Source: an uncultured Clostridia bacterium
Lineage (GTDB): Bacteria > Bacillota > Clostridia > Christensenellales > UBA1242
DNA: 64,000 nt
Assembly (NCBI GenBank): GCA_930971385.1
Contig: CAKNGB010000001.1
Location: 67,670 to 131,669 of the forward strand
Reading direction: 5' to 3'
Shown here: piece after piece, positions 55,501-62,390 of the stretch
How positions within the stretch are numbered: position 1 is the first letter of the stretch
How the letters are laid out: every line of letters begins with the position of its first letter
Position numbers and translations under genes: made by a program
The notes under the pieces: generated by a model
Database searches by the model: none
Seen by the model: the letters and a program-made list of their open reading frames with translations, nothing else
What the model was told of the DNA's origin: nothing

Positions 55501-57875
55501 GGCTTTTTGCCGAAGTTGGAAGTTCGTCGAGAAGTGGTGCGATTGGAGTTTTACTTAACTTCAACTTGCAAGTCAGTGAAATGGTCTTTTCAAATGCTCA
55601 AGTTGTTGGTTCTGTTGCGGGAAGGTTGGATGCTGGCGTGATTGCAAATGTCAATGTTTCTGGTAACACAAGTGCGGTGACAACTGGTAAAAACATCGTG
55701 GGCGGTGTTGTTGGGCTTGCGGTTGGAGATTATAACATCGAAAACATCGAAACCTCAATGTCGGCAACGGCAACCTACACGGTAAGTTCTGGAAGCAATG
55801 TTTTCGACAATCGTGCCACAACTTTCACTCAATACTCTTTTGCTGGTGCGCTTGTTGGCGTGGCAAGTGGCGATGGCGAGGTTAACGACATTTCCTTAGA
55901 TGCGGGCGTGGCTGTTATCGGCGCTAAGGCTGGCGGACTTATCGGGCTTGTGGACGCAGATGCAAATGCAAGTAATCTTTTAGTAACCATTAATCAAAAT
56001 CTTCTTATCAATGCTTTCGACTATGGCGGGCTTGTGATTGGCGAAAGCAAAGGAAGTGTTTTGAATGTTGATGTTATAGGCTTAGACACTTATCTTTCCA
56101 TTTTCTCCACAGTGCCATACACACCAACTGCGGTCGGTGGAATTGCAGGGCTTGTCAGCGGTGGTAGCATGGAAAATGTTACCATGAACCAAAGTTTGAA
56201 CCTGTCAAGTTCTCTTCAAGTTGACGGTATTGCAAACATTGGTGGCGTGGTTGGAATGGTGACAGACAACTTCACTTTAACAAACGCCAATGTGGAAGCG
56301 GGCTTTATTGGCTATCATGTTGTGGGCGGAATAATCGGGCTTGCACAAGCGTCTAACACAAGTTTAGTCATCAATAATGTCAATTTCACAAATGGCTATT
56401 TAAGCATATTGTCCTCGCAAAACTCAAGTGCTTATGCTGGTGGAATAATTGGCTTTGTTAACGGCTCAATTAATGTTCAAATTTCCACTAACATTTCTTC
56501 AAGCGTTCTTGATGATGTTGCCACAAAAATTGAAGATATCTATGCTCTTTCCGACTATGAACAAAAAGACCTATTAACCAATCGAGATGAAATTGAAACT
56601 TTAAAACGCAAAACCTATCTTCCAAACTTATCTGAAACGCAAATCGAAGAATTAAGAGATGATATTGCGACGGTAGAAGAGGATCTATATAATTCAGATT
56701 TAACTGCAGAACAAATACGAGACTACAAGAAGAATATTAGAGATGCCGAGCAATCGCTTTATAACAGTGATTTGCTTGAAACTATGAGCGTGGATGAAAT
56801 TAAGGCTACAATAGAAAGGATTGAAGAAGAGATAACGCAACTTCAAGAGGAAATAGATTCTGGTTTAGATCCTGACCAAGAGGAGCAAAAAGAGCAAGAA
56901 ATTGCAAGAAAAGAAGCAGAAATTAAAGGTTATTATAACGCTGCTTTGACAGATGATGAAATTGAAGAATATAAAACAAACATTTCTAATTATGAGAATA
57001 GCCTTTATAATTCCAATCTAACGGAAGAAGAAATTAATGGATATAAACAAGACTTAGCAGATTATGAAAGTCAACTTTACAATCCAGACCTATCCATTAA
57101 AGAAAGAGAAAATAACGAAGAGGAAATTTTGGATTTCGAAGCACGTTGGTCGGTTCTTGAAGATAAGGAATTTAGTTTTGCCGAAGATTATGTTGGCATT
57201 GAAAACTACACTTCTCTTTCCACTGACCTATACACAAACGAGGATGGAACAGCATTAAACAGCAACTATGTTGACGAAGCAAACCGAATTGATTTCACTC
57301 TTTCCATCACAACTGTTGTTTATAATTCAAGTTTCAACACCTATATTGGCGAAGTGATTGGAAGAGCGGTTAGTGCAGTTGTTCAAGTTTATAACACTGT
57401 TTCTTCCATGACGGCTAATGTTGCCAACTATGACATGGGAATAATTAACCCAGAAACTCACACCGACACCTTAACTGTGGAACGCGGAAACTACACTTAC
57501 AATATGTATAACTATCCTAAAACCTTTGTTGATTCAGAAAATCCAGACAGAATTTATGACCTTATTGCAAGCACAGGGCTTGGCTTTACTGATGTTAACT
57601 CGTCGGACGGCTCAATCACTCGAACCTATGACACTGGTGGATATTTGAAAGGAAGTTTTGCTGGAAGTTTCACAACTAGTGATACTGTAATTGATGTTGA
57701 CGGCACAGATGTTTATGAACGCACGGTAGATAATGTGGAATATCTTCTTCCAGTATACTCACAAAACATCTCCTACACCTATTACATCGAGGGGATTGAA
57801 GGTGCAACAAGAGCACAACATCTTCAAGTTACAAACTATGGTGTTTGTGTGGATAGAGAGTTTATTGGCGACTAA
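46437..57875 (+). CDS. giant surface lipoprotein (3,812 aa) with Ig-like repeats, GLUG-type beta-solenoid modules and a C-terminal acidic helical repeat
   Basis: Uninterrupted 11,439-nt ORF with RBS AAGGAG, 17 nt after the VirB4-like gene. Lipobox FFAGC. GLUG-type repeats (YFGGVAGQNNGEIYQY, YVGGVAGDNTGTI, YVGGIVGFATIP, YTGGILGCDD, VGGIIGLAQASN). Same architecture as 11891-30106. Confidence 0.9.
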   Translation: MAKTFKRIFVGVFSAIAFMVAGLFFAGCEEDYSNVSVTSDVASLSLEVGETETLNFQINNAPSSFFNNLIFNVDNEGKIEISNKVINGNVISVDITALEGGTVNLMAVTEDDFIYTFVQINIIEHSESMEYNSSFLYYTYTTPFVANDGIFNFDANTTDRDVTFYFLTEDVSDQTFIGFEEIDTSDPENFVMPTSPVLEFNDNSTSNVNEVPAYAFQTVSVGEVDGEQVIFLDGEALNKSENGEEYVSASDFQFIAIYNHSVISYREGESPYLTSVCDVKILNDLNVEVSGGYVDADREVEEFEPLSSHDITLIPNASGDKGSVYILRVVADSESDLLSFNKIEGENLSVDIVRNENFGDSTDYAGKTVYYLEIAASAFGNYTSEFSLQLNYLGAEEVLDENINFIGHFNVETQYVAKEVYLNGVLSTAFSADADGERTIIYNAYTWPEFGWKPLNVEVSSGLDVEPIYDYATIEFNDEHLRFRYGLAEIESGRRIYDLSTGFTYKGVDDANNGTGSFTITLENTAMQAIDEANASLVIEVFYEIIDGADNINKNTTYGDAEQGQKLYLDYQTHSRVDADLTGYLIADSYFESFTVSYVGGDADVVDFVIGDSYAEEATQTTAEGDYNLCFSLHAKAIGEGTYQVTLDNGESTTFTVEVINSLRTNPFGIDIVSGNYIGYYDWSTSSTEENPVDYNDVLNLEILNPTTLIGNDYVIQYNNITTIQFYGQIDTISINDDMEIVEGGNVISVSPAGNNSFNIETLSNGVAQIVFSLKGDAVNDQFNLADAETTTFTINITSYSLLSEFILTNGGSPAVDNTVYYGASEYIPEEDMQVDFDIQAENRNSFNFYRYYLNETFFFDDAKIDGSSIVDDIINRFLTKDEDGKQASSYTYENQYVAESDLTMELCQETFHENFTYFYVQSSFPLTTRTLVDITVSDGAGDERTDQVQLSFNNGFMFYGEGYTREYVYNDNTYTVTISFSNFYNIENIGTFDLNTLIYEHQDVNSITLTINAYVRQRNYTRMHYEATINAVQYTPVESVVTATDVTELVFTNSTLEHNFVVYVSPNYATNTDLNYTFRAVNSTSRNLIDVDITQVQSGLGTYLIEVSAQDFYNSHSDIVSITDTLAGTLYIYPVEWGNDPSVIEEGNEPIVIDVSYRNGSENNRYILDTPEDVLAINANEVSLSSHYEIRNMIDMSSISASVPIGLLANTAEDGTTTYTLQGFSGSIVGTTNEAEIANVRILSNISQENYGFGATIDQGTENYYAGLFAKINDGGYLKNLTISGDIRMTANGNYYVGLVTGINDGTITNVQTNIYASSIGLTQSGSLYFGGVAGQNNGEIYQYFPAYAESDLEFTTHTSENLAGEFAGQTPKNIVYFQGTLEISLNANADSAILYVGGVAGDNTGTIKKEDDTSLRLYGYTNYSAVTNIQIVEENVNNAIIYAGGAVGRLISSSTQDDDGEDYYSTRTRVENLLVGGIVDSVATTSYHYVGGIVGFATIPSATTGRTQNNSVYISNCTSRVFVRGQTYTGGILGCDDFANYRGRVVDSASVNVNLSEKNTHNTIEAVDDGRTALEASMIIIRGGGAKLNEETNTDEINRIIAIGNNSGRTYSATFNISSYVRRNLYSLNGGAVNPSDTTTSNYYGDFLVLGTDNTLVEQDEFTKADVNLGLEEGSSFKLTLVDDETGNQTERNVFLMFYFDAENFVNSLLSGVAQDVVDEMNTFNPNSTLYPFAINTRDAQIISATTDILRVDINGNLTTSGIGTATIRLQSVLNTQNSVEVTLYIVNYFNKDVETSIFYNSNSSSALNITNGSQVNVYGDRNTTLYAVPSYELENYSTINGDEVSVSRDGVIRIGNQDILLARNNSLTVNSTYVGDGVSGAPEYTRCMVNGQSVIFYGRVNNDVIEGVDNYSLESYISMTTSNGQEYTMAIGLQNINIRVAFYETATAIQTKANLVTIQSNDDFSDTLTIESRNNEYAYYEILFTDENGNEEVIQSRLPSAEGFENDDDYNDFMNNFTSNDLFALTLNRIGNTNNFDFNLAVNKVSSAYLNRNTQNIYGSYRIVFYANELQEGVSCNFDFFLKEAEITNVSIENYSNFNDMAISDESIVPSQYGILEISIDPVDAEFDTFTISNNAINYNEGASEVTFTFVYQSTSAGVVEYVADTNFVAMHGGSLTFSYNNYIKYLTNHGETYNGRVYIQYFLGSQGVEDDMPITFDVDVVYNNDLHFTSSINLITHLANYVHLSFDDRTPSESDTYFVARGLSYGMTLDYYGFSLDEIEITVSNEEVATISGEGRERVLSVTPNQIDYQNQIGYQININVFASRIVDNVTVTYSEDLIVYVMEYVFNYENSPETDYDIVRGEEDGVITTAIGSAYPLELDIWDYMEYDSSNASVVRNAQNFVDRLTESVTFTITDSSVVGRFDVPITSDTTLRSDYYYINGRYFTGIRLYNAEQNIFNFGVSGSYYMHNGIYECGEAPDGSFATGTILEEFAFTVTNQSSEESPIPIEDYDDLMSMQEGQHYILLNDIILPNSENSNQFSPIATQVASFDGNMHVISLAGDYRYDASVTNFGLFGSVGQNTVIRNVIMEISASTNIVMSADNFSVGMIAGSNAGNITNCEVRTLGGGILTVSFSTSTQGSYITGFVASNSGIITNSRSSVDIYATVNISGFVGTNTGTISSSYFMGGSLRNGDNTTTQYTAGFALSNSGNIYTSYVSGEITNSNDAVYYKGTDDYIASFNSIAGFVFVNNGNVEDCYSNINLEEAGLYSAGFVMTNSSTGFIGTSISTSKLRNHNTNAYGFARNNLGTISSCLWLSDDDEEINTHISTIENNSTTSVNSLAISEFSTSSPTFEENFRNFVYTQTRGYNAVWFYNNRNSSATFNGEVFNTSTLQLVAPNIVAFSQRELYSAEEVYDEESGVTYVEYVYVNTPESGVSGSVYNPILIQNAEQFETYILNGNNSANYNYNYYRIINNIDYSELDHNSNLYNTRFMGYLEGNFLTISNLHMVSSEALTYAGLFAEVGSSSRSGAIGVLLNFNLQVSEMVFSNAQVVGSVAGRLDAGVIANVNVSGNTSAVTTGKNIVGGVVGLAVGDYNIENIETSMSATATYTVSSGSNVFDNRATTFTQYSFAGALVGVASGDGEVNDISLDAGVAVIGAKAGGLIGLVDADANASNLLVTINQNLLINAFDYGGLVIGESKGSVLNVDVIGLDTYLSIFSTVPYTPTAVGGIAGLVSGGSMENVTMNQSLNLSSSLQVDGIANIGGVVGMVTDNFTLTNANVEAGFIGYHVVGGIIGLAQASNTSLVINNVNFTNGYLSILSSQNSSAYAGGIIGFVNGSINVQISTNISSSVLDDVATKIEDIYALSDYEQKDLLTNRDEIETLKRKTYLPNLSETQIEELRDDIATVEEDLYNSDLTAEQIRDYKKNIRDAEQSLYNSDLLETMSVDEIKATIERIEEEITQLQEEIDSGLDPDQEEQKEQEIARKEAEIKGYYNAALTDDEIEEYKTNISNYENSLYNSNLTEEEINGYKQDLADYESQLYNPDLSIKERENNEEEILDFEARWSVLEDKEFSFAEDYVGIENYTSLSTDLYTNEDGTALNSNYVDEANRIDFTLSITTVVYNSSFNTYIGEVIGRAVSAVVQVYNTVSSMTANVANYDMGIINPETHTDTLTVERGNYTYNMYNYPKTFVDSENPDRIYDLIASTGLGFTDVNSSDGSITRTYDTGGYLKGSFAGSFTTSDTVIDVDGTDVYERTVDNVEYLLPVYSQNISYTYYIEGIEGATRAQHLQVTNYGVCVDREFIGD
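56612..57149 (+). repeat. about six tandem ~24-aa acidic helical repeats (LYNSDLT-EEI--YK--I---E-SL) in the giant protein
   Basis: YLPNLSETQIEELRDDIATVEEDL / YNSDLTAEQIRDYKKNIRDAEQSL / YNSDLLETMSVDEIKATIERIEEE... / YNAALTDDEIEEYKTNISNYENSL / YNSNLTEEEINGYKQDLADYESQL / YNPDLSIKERENNEEEILDFEARW. Confidence 0.8.
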
Positions 57876-57955
57876 TATTTTTAAAAAGATGTTTAATTTC
57901 TTTCAAAGTGGTAAAAATTCTTTTGAAAAAAATTAGCATCTTTTTATTATTTTAG

Positions 57956-57984
57956 TTGCATTTTGCTTGATATTTTGGTATAAT
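57956..57984 (+). promoter_or_regulatory. promoter P1 upstream of rpoB, TTGCAT-17-(TGg)TATAAT
   Basis: TTGCAT 57956-57961, 17-nt spacer ending in TGg, TATAAT 57979-57984. Confidence 0.5.
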
Positions 57985-58038
57985 TCTATTAAATAAGTCG
58001 TTTTTCGCCATTTTTTAATTTATTTTTTAAAAAAACTA

Positions 58039-58068
58039 TTGACAAAAGCAACTAAATTTTGTTATAAT
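58039..58068 (+). promoter_or_regulatory. promoter P2 upstream of rpoB, TTGACA-18-(TGt)TATAAT
   Basis: TTGACA 58039-58044, 18-nt spacer ending in TGt, TATAAT 58063-58068. Confidence 0.55.
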
Positions 58069-58120
58069 GAAGTGGTTAATTAGCAAATGTGGGAAAAAGC
58101 GGTGTTTTTAACTTAATATT

Positions 58121-58165
58121 GGAAACAGGTTGGTAAAAGGTTTTTACCGTCTTGTTTCCTTTTTT
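58121..58165 (+). terminator. intrinsic terminator / attenuator in the rpoB leader
   Basis: GGAAACAGGTTGGTAAAA (58121-58138) pairs with TTTTACCGTCTTGTTTCC (58142-58159): ~17 bp including wobbles and one mismatch. T6 follows (58160-58165), 25 nt upstream of the rpoB ATG. Confidence 0.65.
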
Positions 58166-58190
58166 AATCTAATTTTAGGGGAGTGTTTTT

Positions 58191-61100
58191 ATGTCAGTTG
58201 CATTAAGAAAACAAAAATTTGGAAAAGCCGAAAGATATACTTTTGCACAGCTTAAAGATTATATTCAAATTCCACCACTTCTTGAAATCCAAAGAAATTC
58301 TTTCAAGGATTTTCTTGAACATGGAATTAGAGAAGTTTTGGATGAGTTTTCTCCAATCGTAGATTACAGTGGAAAGGCAAAACTCTATCTTCTTGACATC
58401 GTTATGGATAAAGAGCCTAAATATTCACAAAAGGAATGCAAAAGAAGAAGTGTGACCTATTCCGTTCCTTTATATGTTAAGGCTCGTTTTGTTGTGGAAG
58501 AAACAGGTCAAGCAGTTGAAGAGAATGTCTTTTTGGGCGACATTCCATATATGACTGACGACTGCACTTTCATCATCAATGGCGTTGAAAGAGTTGTTGT
58601 TAATCAAATCATCAAATCTCCAAACTACTATCTTTTAAGAGATAAAAATCAAGATAATTCCACTCTTGTTGGTCAAATCATTCCAAAAAGAGGTATGTAT
58701 ATTGAAGTTAAGCAGGGCGCAAACGAAGTTTTGAACATCGTGCTTGACAGAAGAAACAGAATTAGCCTTGGCCTTTTCCTTAAATGCTTTGGCTACACAC
58801 AAGACGATATCTGCAAACTTTTCGGCGACCACAGGCTCATTAAGCACGTGCTTGAAAAAGAACCTCAACAAACTCAGGATGAGGCACTTTTGGAATTTGC
58901 CAGAAAAACTCGTCCTGCCGATGTTCCATCTGCAGAAACCACAAGAAGTTATTTAAATCTTTGGTTCTTCTCTGACCAATATTATAACCTTTCAAGAGTG
59001 GGAAGATATAACTTAAACAAAAAACTTTCCATTGCAAAGCGTATCACAGGTCAGGTTGCTGCTGAAAACATTGTGACCGAGGACGGAGAAATCCTTGTTC
59101 GTGCTGGGCAAGAAATTGACGCAGAAACTGCTCAAAAGGTTAAATCTGCAGGTATCAATGAAGTTTGGCTTCAACTTCCAGACAAAAAGTATCTTGTTCG
59201 TGGCAATAATCGCGTTCGTCTTTCCGATGTTTTCCCATGCGACGAAAAAGAACTTGGTGTTTTGGAAGAAGTTTACTATCCTGTTTTAAAGGAAATTTTA
59301 AAAGAAAATAAATCCAAAGAAAAGAGAATGCAAGCCATTAAAGAGCGTGCAAAAGATTTGATGATCACAACGCTTACAATGGATGACATTTTGGCTTCCA
59401 TCAGTATGTATTTGGATGTTTTGGAAGGAATTGCAAAAACAGACAAGATTGAACACTTGTCAAATAAGAGAATTGCCACTGTTGGCGAACTTTTCTTCGA
59501 CCACTTCCGCTCTGGCGTCACAAAACTTGTTTCCAATGTCAGAGAAACCTTGCAAGGTAAGGAACTTTCCGAAGTGACACCTCGTCAAATTGTCAATCCA
59601 AAGGCAGTTAACAGAGTGCTTCGCGATTTCGTGGCAACCAGCCAACTTTCGCAATTCATGGATCAAGTTAACCCTCTTTCAGGTATCACACAAAAGCGTC
59701 GTGTTTCTGCAACCGGCCCGGGAGGAATTAAGAGAGAAAGAGCAGATGCCGAAGTTCGTGATATTCACTACACAAACTATGGCAGAATTTGCCCTATTGA
59801 AACCCCAGAAGGTCAGGCAATCGGTCTTGTTAACACCCTGACAAGTTATGCTAAAGTGAACGAGTATGGTTTCCTTGAAACTCCATACAGAAAAGTGGAT
59901 AAAGAAACAGGAAAGGTTTCCGATAAATGCGAATACTATATGGCAGACATTGAGGACACCGCATACATCGCACAAGCAACTGAGCCTCTTGATGAAGAAG
60001 GAAGATTTGTCAACAAAAGAATTATCTGCCGTCATAAAGACTATGTGGTTGATGTTCCAGCGCGTCAAGTTGACCTTGTTGATGCATCTCCTAGACAATT
60101 CATCTCTGTTGCAACTTCGCTTATTCCATTCCTTAACTCGAACGAAGCGAACCGTGCACTTATGGGCGCAAATATGCAACGCCAAGCTGTGCCACTTTTA
60201 AGACCAGAATCTCCAGTTGTTGGAACTGGTATGGAAGAAGTTGTGGCTCACGACTGTGGCTACTGCACATACGCAAAAAATGCTGGTGTTGTGGAATATG
60301 TGAGCGCAGACGAAGTGCGTGTTAAAAATAAAGATGGACAAGTGGACATCTATCCTCTTATCAAATTTGATAAAACTAACGATGAAACCTGTATCAACCA
60401 AAAACCTTATGTTAAGAAAGGCGAAAAGGTGGAAAAAGGCGACCTTCTTATCGACGGATATTCCTGCGAAAAAGGCGAACTTGCACTTGGAAAAAATGTG
60501 CTTGTTGGCTATATGAACTGGGAAGGATATAACTATGAAGATGCTATCTTAATCAACGAGCGTTTGGTTAAAGAAGATGTTTACACTTCAATTTGCTTAA
60601 AGGTAGAAGAATTAAAGTGCCGAACAACCAAACTTGGCGACGAGCAAATCACTCGAGATATACCAAACCTTGGCGAAGAGGCGCTTAAAAACCTCGACGA
60701 AAACGGAATTATCAGAATTGGCTCTGAAGTTCGCCCAGGCGACATTTTGGTTGGTAAAGTTTCTCCTAAGGGCGAAACCGAACTTTCTCCTGAAGAAAGA
60801 CTTCTTCGTGCCATTTTCGGCGAAAAAGCAAGAGAAGTTCGCGACACATCCCTTCGCGTTCAACATGGTAAAGGTGGTGTGATTGTTGACATTCAAGTGT
60901 TCTCAAGAAAAAATAAGGACGAACTTGAACCAGGTGTTAACGAACTTGTTAAAGTTTATATCGCTCAAAAACGCAAACTCTCTGTTGGCGACAAGATGAG
61001 TGGTCGTTATGGTAATAAGGGTGTTGTTTCCATTGTTATGCCAGAACAAGATATGCCTTTCATGGCAAACGGAAAACCACTTGACATCATTTTGAACCCA

Positions 61101-61910
61101 CTTGGCGTTCCAGCGCGTATGAACTTGGGGCAGGTTTTGGAAGTGCATCTCGGTCTTGTGGCTGGCTCGCTTGGTTGGAAGGTGGCAACTCCTGCTTTCG
61201 ATGGCGCTGATGTTAACAAAATCAAACAACTCCTTGTGGAAAACAATTTCCCAGAGGACGGCAAAGTGCAACTCTATGACGGACGCACAGGCGAACCTTT
61301 TGAGAACAAAACCACAATTGGAATTAAATATATGCTTAAACTTAACCACATGGTAGACAGCAAAGTTCACGCTCGTTCCATTGGACCATATTCTTTAATC
61401 ACACAACAACCTCTTGGCGGTAAAGCGCTCTTTGGTGGTCAAAGATTTGGTGAAATGGAAGTTTGGGCGCTTGAAGCATACGGCGCAAGCCATGTTCTTC
61501 AAGAAATGCTCACTGTGAAGTCTGATGATGTTGTGGGAAGAGTTAAAACCTTTGAAGCAATCGTGAAAGGCGAACCAATTTCCGAACCTGGAATTCCAGA
61601 GTCATTCAAAGTTTTGGTAAAAGAATTGCAAGCACTTGCACTTGATGTTAGAATTTTGACCGAAAACGATGAAGAAATTGACCTTCCAGAACTTTCACAA
61701 GACGAACACGACAAACCAAGCCTTGAAAACGAAGTGGAAAAAGACCTTAAAAATGTCACACTCGATATTGACGAACTTATCAATAATTCTGATGAAGAAG
61801 AAAAGAAAGACGATATTGACGATATTAAAGAAACTATCGACGAGCAAACTTCACCTCAAGGGCTTGATGATATTGACTTATTCGATGATTTTGGCGATTT
61901 TGATGAGTAA
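58191..61910 (+). CDS. rpoB: DNA-directed RNA polymerase subunit beta
   Basis: 1239 aa. RBS AGGGGAG. Conserved blocks FIINGVERVVV, ANMQRQAVPL, GDKMSGRYGNKGVVS, GGQRFGEMEVWALEAYGA. Ends in a ~70-aa acidic C-terminal tail. Confidence 0.97.
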   Translation: MSVALRKQKFGKAERYTFAQLKDYIQIPPLLEIQRNSFKDFLEHGIREVLDEFSPIVDYSGKAKLYLLDIVMDKEPKYSQKECKRRSVTYSVPLYVKARFVVEETGQAVEENVFLGDIPYMTDDCTFIINGVERVVVNQIIKSPNYYLLRDKNQDNSTLVGQIIPKRGMYIEVKQGANEVLNIVLDRRNRISLGLFLKCFGYTQDDICKLFGDHRLIKHVLEKEPQQTQDEALLEFARKTRPADVPSAETTRSYLNLWFFSDQYYNLSRVGRYNLNKKLSIAKRITGQVAAENIVTEDGEILVRAGQEIDAETAQKVKSAGINEVWLQLPDKKYLVRGNNRVRLSDVFPCDEKELGVLEEVYYPVLKEILKENKSKEKRMQAIKERAKDLMITTLTMDDILASISMYLDVLEGIAKTDKIEHLSNKRIATVGELFFDHFRSGVTKLVSNVRETLQGKELSEVTPRQIVNPKAVNRVLRDFVATSQLSQFMDQVNPLSGITQKRRVSATGPGGIKRERADAEVRDIHYTNYGRICPIETPEGQAIGLVNTLTSYAKVNEYGFLETPYRKVDKETGKVSDKCEYYMADIEDTAYIAQATEPLDEEGRFVNKRIICRHKDYVVDVPARQVDLVDASPRQFISVATSLIPFLNSNEANRALMGANMQRQAVPLLRPESPVVGTGMEEVVAHDCGYCTYAKNAGVVEYVSADEVRVKNKDGQVDIYPLIKFDKTNDETCINQKPYVKKGEKVEKGDLLIDGYSCEKGELALGKNVLVGYMNWEGYNYEDAILINERLVKEDVYTSICLKVEELKCRTTKLGDEQITRDIPNLGEEALKNLDENGIIRIGSEVRPGDILVGKVSPKGETELSPEERLLRAIFGEKAREVRDTSLRVQHGKGGVIVDIQVFSRKNKDELEPGVNELVKVYIAQKRKLSVGDKMSGRYGNKGVVSIVMPEQDMPFMANGKPLDIILNPLGVPARMNLGQVLEVHLGLVAGSLGWKVATPAFDGADVNKIKQLLVENNFPEDGKVQLYDGRTGEPFENKTTIGIKYMLKLNHMVDSKVHARSIGPYSLITQQPLGGKALFGGQRFGEMEVWALEAYGASHVLQEMLTVKSDDVVGRVKTFEAIVKGEPISEPGIPESFKVLVKELQALALDVRILTENDEEIDLPELSQDEHDKPSLENEVEKDLKNVTLDIDELINNSDEEEKKDDIDDIKETIDEQTSPQGLDDIDLFDDFGDFDE

Positions 61911-61924
61911 TTATGAGGTGTTAA

Positions 61925-62368
61925 ATGTTTAATTTTAAATTTGAAGACAAACTTGTTAACATAGATGTTTATGATGCATCTAAAGGAGAGATTTTTTCCT
62001 TTCGTGTGCCAAAAGATAAACCTTTTTCCTACCCAAAGGATAAAGTTTTTGATGAGCTTGAAGAGGTCAAAACCTTTCTTCCAAAGGACGTTGAAGCAAA
62101 AAGAAATAAAATTTTAACCATATATTTAACTAAAGAACAAGAAGAATTTTTGGAAAGATATTCAGAGTTTTACTGGAAAAATATGGACATAAGCGGAGAA
62201 CCATATTATAATAAAACCAGAAAAAGTTTTGCTCCACAATTTGGTGAAAATTTAGATCAAAGGCAAATTGCTGGGTTTAACACAATGTTTTCCTGCAAAG
62301 ATATAATTATTGATCGATATGAATTCCGTCAAAAAATTCGAGAGAGCAATGAAAAAGTTAAGGCTTAG
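61925..62368 (+). CDS. hypothetical protein encoded between rpoB and rpoC
   Basis: 147-aa ORF with GAGGTG 4 nt upstream of ATG 61925, 14 nt after the rpoB stop. No motif recognised. Confidence 0.5.
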   Translation: MFNFKFEDKLVNIDVYDASKGEIFSFRVPKDKPFSYPKDKVFDELEEVKTFLPKDVEAKRNKILTIYLTKEQEEFLERYSEFYWKNMDISGEPYYNKTRKSFAPQFGENLDQRQIAGFNTMFSCKDIIIDRYEFRQKIRESNEKVKA

Positions 62369-62390
62369 TATTACAAAAATTTAATTTTAG

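Noticed and set aside
59679-60185. 168-aa minus-strand ORF inside rpoB; others lie at 60903-61370 and 60612-60896
   Set aside because: Antisense to the highly conserved rpoB frame, so it is a spurious open frame.
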